NCBI GenBank assembly: GCA_937625935.1
Contig: OW569365.1
Coordinates: forward strand, 62,001-126,000
Reading direction: 5' to 3'
Origin: Tetramitus jugosus
Taxonomy: Eukaryota; Protista; Heterolobosea
Length of the DNA stretch: 64,000 nt
In this document: piece after piece, positions 56,298 through 64,000 of the stretch
Numbering within the stretch: position 1 is the stretch's first letter
Layout of the letters: each line of letters begins with the position of its first letter
Made by a program: the position numbers and the translations under genes
Notes under the pieces: generated by a model
The model's input: only the letters and a program-made list of their open reading frames with translations
The model's database searches: none
What the model was told of the DNA's origin: nothing

Positions 56298-57263
56298 ATG
56301 ATGCAGTTCTCTCGAAGTAATACCTGTAATCCTAGCAGCAGACACACAACCACCACACTGAATGCATCTTCACCATCCAGCATCATGAATGCACTCACTG
56401 GCCTATCCTCCGACAATACTTCAAGTGTCAACAACAACGATAGCGGATTAATGTTGAACCTGAACTGTTTCGACCAAGAACTTTCATTCTACCCCATGTT
56501 TCACGGACACGGACACATGCACGTCTCTCCTTCTCAATCGTCCAGCTGCCAAAACAACAACGACGGTGAATGCAACGGCCATTGCACTGACCCGACACAA
56601 AAATCCAACCGACGTCTCTCATGTCCGCACTGCTCCCAACAACTTCAAGAAATTGTGAGCAGAGAACAAACGGAGAAAAAAGAGTGGCTCCGGAATTTAC
56701 AGCTTCAACAAGAGCAGCAACTGTCGACCGCAGAAAAACACGTCTCGATTTGTGCGCCGTATGAACATGTGCTCAAAGAAGACCAGTGGTCCCAGTTTAT
56801 TCAACAAGAAACATATTTTGACCCATATGTATTGAACCAGGAAGAAGATGAGTCAAACCAGAGTCAGAGCTCTTGTGACAGTAATCCCGCTGGACAAGAA
56901 TCGTCAATGATGAAATTGTTGATGAGTTCGTCGCTGCTGCCTCTGGAAGAAGCAATTTCTTCTGTTGTTGGTTTTCAATCAACATGTACAACAATTGTAG
57001 ATGATAAGAAGGACAGTGGTGGTATCCACTACTCAAATTTGGAGCAAGTTTCATCAGATGAATGTCAACAAGTTGCCACTAGTCTGTCAAATGAATCAAC
57101 GACGAACAAGAGTACTACTGACGGTGTTGGGGGTGAAAAAGAAAAAAGGACGAGAAAACGGAAACGTGACTTTACGAACAATACGCTCACACCCGTTCGA
57201 AACAAGTTCAAAAAGTGCAAACGACCCTATGATATGTACTTGCAAAAATTCTCATTCCTGTAA
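56298..57263 (+). CDS. Hypothetical S/Q-rich protein with C-terminal basic region
   Basis: 321-aa ORF; C..HC...CPHC; KRTRKRKR...KFKKCKRPYDMYLQKFSFL. Confidence 0.65.
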   Translation: MMQFSRSNTCNPSSRHTTTTLNASSPSSIMNALTGLSSDNTSSVNNNDSGLMLNLNCFDQELSFYPMFHGHGHMHVSPSQSSSCQNNNDGECNGHCTDPTQKSNRRLSCPHCSQQLQEIVSREQTEKKEWLRNLQLQQEQQLSTAEKHVSICAPYEHVLKEDQWSQFIQQETYFDPYVLNQEEDESNQSQSSCDSNPAGQESSMMKLLMSSSLLPLEEAISSVVGFQSTCTTIVDDKKDSGGIHYSNLEQVSSDECQQVATSLSNESTTNKSTTDGVGGEKEKRTRKRKRDFTNNTLTPVRNKFKKCKRPYDMYLQKFSFL

Positions 57264-57510
57264 AATGTGTAAAAAACCAACACTTTCTCTAACGTATGAA
57301 AGATTTCAAACGTTTAACTGTTGGATGTATTTGTGATCATTTAACCGTAAGTGATTAAAAATAGAAAAATCTGGTTGACCACAAGTTCGCGCAAAAATAA
57401 TTTCATTTGGGTTCACATGTGTACCTGAAAACCCATTGTACAATACACCAAAGAAATATTAAAAGGATCTCCCCTATTCACCCCAATCTCATCAGATACT
57501 CAATATCAGC

Positions 57511-59202
57511 ATGGTTGAACAAGTTCAAACTTCCATTCCTCCGCTCAATGTTCTGAACAATCCTCAAGCCACACTTCAGTGGGATCCTGCCTGCAAGTCC
57601 TCCACATTTTTCAAGCCAACCATTGGCAAATACGGCCAATATTCGAGAAGCAAAACCAAGAAGTATGCATCCCTGACGCGTCCCTACGATTTGAAACCAT
57701 TGGACACCAATCACCACAATCGTAATCATCATCACTACCATTACCGTCACCATCACCAACATCATCCGCATGTCCTACCACAACAAAAACGGTTCGGGTA
57801 TCCTACTCAAGAAACAGAGACACCTCGATCATCTGTACCGCTTTCTCCGACTACTCCGTACCGAAAAGGCCAAGGAACGATTGAGAATGTGCCCGTTCCA
57901 CCACCGCCTCCGCCCGCACCGGTTCAACAAAATCAACAATCACCAAAGAGGGAAATAGAAAAAGGAATTGTAAGTGAAACTGCCGCGGAAGAAGAAAAAT
58001 CAGAGGATAACGAAATCAAGTCTCTGGAAGAATGTGAAAGCGTACCTCTTGATGTTGTGAGTCGCGACTTCCCTTGGGACAAGTGCGCCGGTTATGCTAC
58101 TTCGTCCAATCCTGAAGCCTCTGTCTTCTTTATTCAAGTTCCCAACGAAGAAGAAGTTGATTCTGTTGACACTGCATTTTCACCCAGTTCTGAGTGTATT
58201 CCTCAAGTTCTAGTTGTGAAAGCATCTCTCACACTTGTTCAGGAATTGTTTGGCATGTTCTTGGCAGATTGGTTCCTGATTCAAACACCGCAAGTACAGT
58301 TGATTGAAAAGTTCCCCCGTGATTACTTCATGACAACCGACCTGGTTGAATCATCTGACAGTGATAGTGAAAACAACAAGGAGGTACCACAAGAGAGAAA
58401 AGTGGGTTATCATTGGAAGGAAATTAGAGACACATTGAAGAGAATGGCCTCAGAAGATGAAAACTTTGGTTTGGATATCAAGATTGACAAGGATTTAGGT
58501 TCTAGCATGTTTCTGCTGTTGATGGAGTTCATGTCAGGAGCCCAGTCGTTGGATTCAATGGAGGAAGATATGTTGACCGATCCAGCTTGTTGTTCTTCTT
58601 GGTTGCGAGGTATGGGAAGACTTGTGGTCGTTGATATCATTCTGAACAATTGGGATCGTATTCCAGCCATCTGGGACAATCATGGAAATGCAGGTAATGT
58701 TCTGATTGGTAGTGCAGATGATCAAGTGTATGCCATTGATCAGGCATTGACCAGCATTCAGGAGGAATCAGATCAAGAATTGTATCTGGACAAGGTGAAG
58801 GACTTTGTGTCAGATTTTTGTTCGGTCAAAGGAAAAACAGACACCAAGGGAATTGACTCCTCAAAATACCTTGAATCCATTCTTGCTTTTGTAAAGAATC
58901 CTTTCAAGAGTGAAGATTTTGAAGGAATAGAACGATCGATTGGATTATCGGATCACGATGCCAAAGTAGCCATCTGGAAAGGCATCAACGACAGTATTCA
59001 AAGAGCTCAATCTCTATCATTGACACGACTGGAGAATATCAAGTCCAGAGTCAACCAAATGAAAACAGGCAACGACAACGAGACTGCAAACGAATACTGG
59101 AACCATTCGATTGAATCATCAATTGACATTTCATTTGTTTACAAAGTTGTCGAGCAATTCCAACAACCATTCAAGTGCAACAACAACAAAAACAACAACT
59201 AA
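57511..59202 (+). CDS. Actin-fragmin kinase-like atypical kinase
   Basis: VFFI, VVKAS..LVQELF, LLMEF, GRLVVVDIILNNWDRIP, GNAGNVL, AIDQ; His- and Pro-rich N-terminus. Confidence 0.75.
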   Translation: MVEQVQTSIPPLNVLNNPQATLQWDPACKSSTFFKPTIGKYGQYSRSKTKKYASLTRPYDLKPLDTNHHNRNHHHYHYRHHHQHHPHVLPQQKRFGYPTQETETPRSSVPLSPTTPYRKGQGTIENVPVPPPPPPAPVQQNQQSPKREIEKGIVSETAAEEEKSEDNEIKSLEECESVPLDVVSRDFPWDKCAGYATSSNPEASVFFIQVPNEEEVDSVDTAFSPSSECIPQVLVVKASLTLVQELFGMFLADWFLIQTPQVQLIEKFPRDYFMTTDLVESSDSDSENNKEVPQERKVGYHWKEIRDTLKRMASEDENFGLDIKIDKDLGSSMFLLLMEFMSGAQSLDSMEEDMLTDPACCSSWLRGMGRLVVVDIILNNWDRIPAIWDNHGNAGNVLIGSADDQVYAIDQALTSIQEESDQELYLDKVKDFVSDFCSVKGKTDTKGIDSSKYLESILAFVKNPFKSEDFEGIERSIGLSDHDAKVAIWKGINDSIQRAQSLSLTRLENIKSRVNQMKTGNDNETANEYWNHSIESSIDISFVYKVVEQFQQPFKCNNNKNNN

Positions 59203-59238
59203 CCCTATAAAAAAACACAAGTCCTTGAAACAATACTT

Positions 59239-60390
59239 TTATTCCAATGACGATTCTCTCCATCCTTCCGTTGCCCTCAACGTGCACAAGCAACCAATCA
59301 AAAAGGCAACACCCGTATGTGGCCAACGACCACTCTTCCACCTGTACCTTCGCTTATCATCATAATACGCATCCCACAATGCATATCTCATGATCGTATT
59401 GACCAACGTTCCCATCAACATACTCTTCAACACTGTTCTCTGTGACATGAGTGATCGAATACGCGATTGAGACAATAAATAGATGACACTCGCAGCCACA
59501 CCCAACACAATCGTTCCACAATCTCCCCACAAGTGCTTTTTTGTGACATAACACATGCGAATAGGGTCAAACAACAATAACGAATTTTCATTTGAATTTT
59601 TTCTTCTTTTTTTTCGATTCGTACTGTTATTATTATTATTATTGTTATTATTATTATTGGTTTGAGCAATCAAGTGCTGAAAAATCAGAGATGATATCGA
59701 TTGATTATTCGCATGATACGTGTTGAATATAGGATGATGATGAGTATTGTTATTGTTAAAGGTACCATGTGACATTTCTTCCAAATAGGCTTGTCGTTGT
59801 TTGATAAATTCGTCTCTTCCTCTATAGAACCATTCAATCATTTTCCATTTGGCATCTTGTTGTGTTTTCACTTGATTCACCATACTCTCTTCATCTATTG
59901 ATATGACTGTTGATGTTGATTGTTCACCATCATCATTATTAATTGTTGTTGTTGTTGTTGATGATGAAAGTAGTAATGAATCGAGAAAATCATTATTCCA
60001 AAGTAATGAGTCATGATAATCACAATCGTATGATTGCATCCAGTGCATCAAGAACACTGTCCACAGGTAATCATCACATGATGCAACGTACCATGATTTA
60101 TTGACTGAACTTTGATGCAATACTTGATGAAAAGGTAGATACGACAGGATATGCACTAGAATTTCTGATGGAAACGGTAAACTTGAAAAATGTTCTTCTT
60201 CTTCTTGCTGTTGTTGTTGTTGTTGTTGCTGCTGTGATGATGAAGAAATGATCGGGTTGTTTTTCAAGTGAGATTTCCAAGTTTGGAGAAGAGCTTGTTG
60301 AGTGGAGGAGTCTGGTAGTTTGGAGACGCGATCCTCAAGTTTGAAAAATTTGTATTGTAAGAATTGAAAGAGTGAAAAATTGTTGTCCAT
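59239..60390 (-). CDS. F-box protein with C-terminal hydrophobic helices
   Basis: Likely ATG 60390. FPSEILVHILSYL...VNKSWY....DDYLW F-box; 2-3 hydrophobic segments near the C-terminus. Confidence 0.75.
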   Translation of the reverse strand: MDNNFSLFQFLQYKFFKLEDRVSKLPDSSTQQALLQTWKSHLKNNPIISSSSQQQQQQQQQQEEEEHFSSLPFPSEILVHILSYLPFHQVLHQSSVNKSWYVASCDDYLWTVFLMHWMQSYDCDYHDSLLWNNDFLDSLLLSSSTTTTTINNDDGEQSTSTVISIDEESMVNQVKTQQDAKWKMIEWFYRGRDEFIKQRQAYLEEMSHGTFNNNNTHHHPIFNTYHANNQSISSLIFQHLIAQTNNNNNNNNNNNSTNRKKRRKNSNENSLLLFDPIRMCYVTKKHLWGDCGTIVLGVAASVIYLLSQSRIRSLMSQRTVLKSMLMGTLVNTIMRYALWDAYYDDKRRYRWKSGRWPHTGVAFLIGCLCTLRATEGWRESSLE

Positions 60391-60541
60391 GTTTTTTTTT
60401 GATGCTTTTTTGGTGGTTGTTTTGTATTGTTTTTTCTTTTTTCTGCGCGCGGGAAAGCGAATTGTTTGGCCGCCACGACAGGAAACAAGCTTTGAAAAAA
60501 GCTTCCAGTTGTCAGAGAGAACAAGAAGCGAAGAAAAAAAA

Positions 60542-61610
60542 ATGAGCCAACAACAAGAGAACAATAGCTCCAAGGAGCAAGTGTCCCCGACAAGAACCAA
60601 AACGACAACATCAAAACTAGCTAGTTCATCCAAAGTGTTTTCATGCGAAATTCAACCTGAAAGCTTTCAGTTCAATAATCAGACGACAAAAGATGTGCTC
60701 ATCATTTTCAATCCCTATCCATTTGCTGTATCATATGAAATATTGTCTCAGAATCCAGAGTTTTACAGGTTTCATAACAAGGGATCAATTGAACCGAGAA
60801 AAAATGTCAATGTGTAAGTGTGTTCGTGTTCTCTCTCTCATGCGTTTGTTCTGTTTTTTGTCAAATTTTATTTTTTGTTGACATTTTTGTGCTTGTTGTG
60901 TTGTTTCATATGATTATAGACCAATATTATTGAAAGCTCAGAGTGTTTTGGACAGAGCTAAGCAAGAGCAGCAACTTAATAAAGAAGAAGGGGATCAATC
61001 TGGTGGTGGTCTCAAGGATCAAATGATGGTCAAGCTCAAAGCTACGGTCAAAACGCCTAGCAAACAAGAACAGAGCGTTTCATTCAAGAAAATTCTACCT
61101 GTAACAATTACGTATCTGAGTGATGCACCAGAGCCGAATCAAAACTCGTTCATGAGCTCGTCTGCAGTATTCACTACAGCTCCGTCGGCATCATCTGCTT
61201 CGACGACTACGACGAAGCCAACAACCCCTCTCGTCGGGATATTGAAGAAGCGAGAAAACGTCGTGGTGGATGAGAGTGTCACGGCTACGGCAACAGTAGC
61301 TCAGAGCAAGGAACAAGAAAGTGTGGAGCAAGAGGAGGAAGAGGAAGAAGAAGAGGAACAGCACCGATGGCAAGGTGTCATGAACTACGTGTCGATTCTT
61401 GTTGGTGCTGCGCTGGTTCTCCTAGTCAGTCTCTCACAGGACGCGGTGGTTGCACCTACCAAGTCTCTATTTGCATCATTCTTTATTGGAATGTTTGCCA
61501 TGTACATTCAAATGACCATCCAGAGAGAAAGAGAGTCGCGCAGCAGCAATACAACGACACCAGTTGTCACAATCAACTCTCGGAGAAAATCGCGCGCCAA
61601 AGCGGAATAA
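60542..61610 (+). CDS. MSP-domain membrane protein (MOSPD1/3-like)
   Basis: Exons 60542-60813 and 60920-61610. IQPESFQF, IFNPYPFAVSYEILSQNPEFY, GSIEPR MSP core; two C-terminal TM helices. Confidence 0.75.
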
Positions 61611-61635
61611 ATTTAAATTTTTTATCGTTAGGATC

Positions 61636-61649
61636 CTTTGGCGCCAAAG
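61636..61649. promoter_or_regulatory. Palindromic E2F-like site CTTTGGCGCCAAAG
   Basis: Perfect 14-bp palindrome containing TTTGGCGC on both strands, about 155 nt upstream of ATG 61805. A CHR-like TTTGAA lies at 61784. Confidence 0.5.
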
Positions 61650-61804
61650 AATACTCAAGTCCGTAACGATCTCATGAAATCTCTCTCTCGAAAGAAAGAG
61701 ATTGAACATCTGCCACAACAAAAGAATATATAACACACGAGTGAGCGAGTGACTTGTGTGAACAACATTGACAACAACAACCATTTGAATGGATTACTAT
61801 CAAA

Positions 61805-63482
61805 ATGAATGAACAAGACGACCTGTTGTTAAATGATTTTATGGATTGTGGCACAGTAGTGCCATTGCCTCCATCACCTCACATGAATTCACCTGCCTTC
61901 ATGAGGGCAAGACTACAGAGAAAGTCAATGAGACTTATGGAAAGACAATCGATCAGTGAAGCGAGCATGAACAAGGACTTTCTTTTGTCTCCACCAAAGA
62001 GTCCTTGTTTTCAACCAAAGAGTGGTGGAACGAGTCTGTATTCGACACCACCACGAAGAATTAGTTCAAAGTTTTCTCTGGGCAGAAGAAGCAGCGTAAG
62101 TTTTGCAAGGCACAATGACAATATCGATGTGCTCTCACAAACTGTCTTGTTGCCAACTGATTCACCGTATGTTTCCTTTTATTTGACGTGATTTTTTTTG
62201 TTTTGTTAGATGAACATATCTTACAATTTGTTTTAGATATCTTGAAGCATTGCCATCACCCGATGTGAAAAGACAATTGTTTACGGGAATTACGCCTGCA
62301 AAGAGGTCTTTGGGCAGAGATGTATTAATGATGGCATCCCCCTGTACCAATCTGTCTGAAGACTTGATGCTGTTCTTGCAAGTGAAAGATGAAGAATTGC
62401 ATGAGAATGACGAGAGTCCAAATGTTGCACCATCCAAGTCCAGAAGGTCATCTGTAAGTAAATTCTGTGCTCCATCTGATGCACAACAGCAAGAAATTGA
62501 CCAAGAGGAAGAGGAAGAAGATGAGTCGTATCGACATGTACTGTTCCCTATTACTCCCATTATCAAGAACAAGAGGAAGAATGTAGACACGAGTGGTTAT
62601 GATTCTGATGATGTGGTATTGAAGAGCCCAATGAGAACGATCAGAACACCATTGTCGTCCATGGTCAATGCTATACCTCAAACTGAAACTACGAATACTT
62701 CAAGCACATTCTCAACTCTGGACCTCATGAGACAGAAGAAGAAGGCTGCACAACTGTTGAAGCAACAACAATCTGTTCAGGCTGTAAATGTGGAAGTCCA
62801 AAAGATCTTGGACAAGGCAAGACAAACTACGGAGAATAAGAAGAAGGTGGTTGACGAGAGGAAACGGAAAAGAGAAGAAGAGATGAGTGCAACGCGCGAC
62901 AACAAGAAACCTCGAGTCGGATTGCTTCCTGCGACCAAGTTGACCACAACTACGACCTCGAGGATCATGTCATCTGGATATGGTCGCTCATCCTCCACTG
63001 CTTCCATCACCTCTCAGTTAAGTGTTCCTTCACCAGCCAAGAACACACCATCCAAAATTCCAAGATTCAATCCATCGAACAATGTAAATAGATCCATGGT
63101 GAATGCAACAAGCAGAGTGATAGCAAGCACAAACAGCGCTATACGGAAAACGCCATCAAAAACAACAAGCAGGAATGGAGTTAGCACAACTCCTCGCAAA
63201 GTTGCAAGCAGCTCTCCTCGGCCGTTTAATCTGTCAGATGCTGAAGATATACATTCAATGAACTTGCCAACAGCACCAACAAGTATTGCCAGCAGATTTG
63301 GTTTCCGATCTAACCTGATGACAAACACATCATCCATTTCAGCTCTCACTGCTCAGAATAGGATTCAAGCAAGAGCGGGCTTGAAATCAATTGCTCAGGT
63401 GCCCTCAGGCCTACACAGCTCTAAAGTATTGAATGCAGCAAAGACAAGAAGGGACTCCCGTCTCTTTGCTCATCAAAACTGA
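61805..63482 (+). CDS. Disordered protein rich in CDK consensus sites
   Basis: Exons 61805-62166 and 62237-63482. Many S/T-P-x-K/R sites, RQLF motif, short coiled coil, basic S/T-rich tail. Confidence 0.75.
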
Positions 63483-63602
63483 GCACACAGAGCATACCAA
63501 TAGAGATATCATAATAGAGAATCTCCTTTTTGTATCCTTTACATAGAATACGATATTATTTATTGATTTAGCATGCGTTTTCCGTTTACTTTTTTTGAAA
63601 TC

Positions 63603-64000
63603 CTAATCATCCAGTGACCGCGTAGCATTCGCAGCTGTCAACTTCAAATCTTGGTGAATATAATCGAGAATCAAGTCTGCGGCCATTGACACAAACGCAG
63701 GCATATCATTTCTCTCATCAGAATTAAACTTTTGAAGCACAAATGAGTGGAAATTTGGAGTAAATTGCTCTCTTGGTGCAATACCCATTCGCAATCGATG
63801 ATACTTGTCCGTTCCTAGTTTCTTCTCAATATCCTTCAATCCATTGTGACCACCATCACCTCCCTTGTACCTCAGCTTCATTGTTCCATACATGCAATGA
63901 ACATCATCCGCAATTACCAAAACACGATTATTCTTGTTCATTTGATTCGTTTTCATGCCATAAGTGTCCATGTACTGCCTCACTGGCTGACCACTCAAAT
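63603..64000 (-). CDS. PTH1: Peptidyl-tRNA hydrolase (Pth1 type), 3' part
   Basis: LSGQPV, LVIADD, GGHNGLKDI, YHRLRMGI, FVLQKF; the 5' end lies beyond the window. Confidence 0.88.
   Translation of the reverse strand, partial: LSGQPVRQYMDTYGMKTNQMNKNNRVLVIADDVHCMYGTMKLRYKGGDGGHNGLKDIEKKLGTDKYHRLRMGIAPREQFTPNFHSFVLQKFNSDERNDMPAFVSMAADLILDYIHQDLKLTAANATRSLDD

Overview
Gene-dense, AT-rich eukaryotic nuclear DNA with about 36 protein-coding loci in 64 kb. It has 13 reconstructable GT-AG introns (70-412 nt, mostly GTATGT/GTAAGT donors), many poly-Asn/Gln/His/Thr coding microsatellites, and uses the standard genetic code. The organisation and gene content suggest a free-living flagellate-capable protist, possibly a heterolobosean (inference only). 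Recognisable housekeeping genes: coatomer zeta, capping protein alpha, an SLC38-type transporter, RNase H2C, VPS35, CCDC113, Sec61-gamma, UBA2, Rab18, DHX16/Prp2, phospholipase C and peptidyl-tRNA hydrolase. The most interesting items are: (1) an intronless, phage T4 Rnl1-like RNA ligase with all catalytic motifs but no partner end-healing enzyme in the window; (2) a secreted protein with signal peptide, acidic propeptide, amphipathic helix and beta-rich domain, a candidate pore-forming effector; (3) a phytochelatin synthase with Glu at the catalytic Asp position, a Cys-rich insert and a His-rich N-terminal extension; (4) a small RBR E3 ligase ending in a polybasic CaaX box; (5) a bacterial HDAH-type deacetylase; (6) a possible ~170-nt structured RNA at 27.0-27.2 kb; (7) a receptor-kinase pseudogene with five lesions; (8) E2F-like promoter sites at two cell-cycle-type genes. 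No rRNA, tRNA, CRISPR array or transposase was recognised. All family assignments come from recalled motifs, not database searches.
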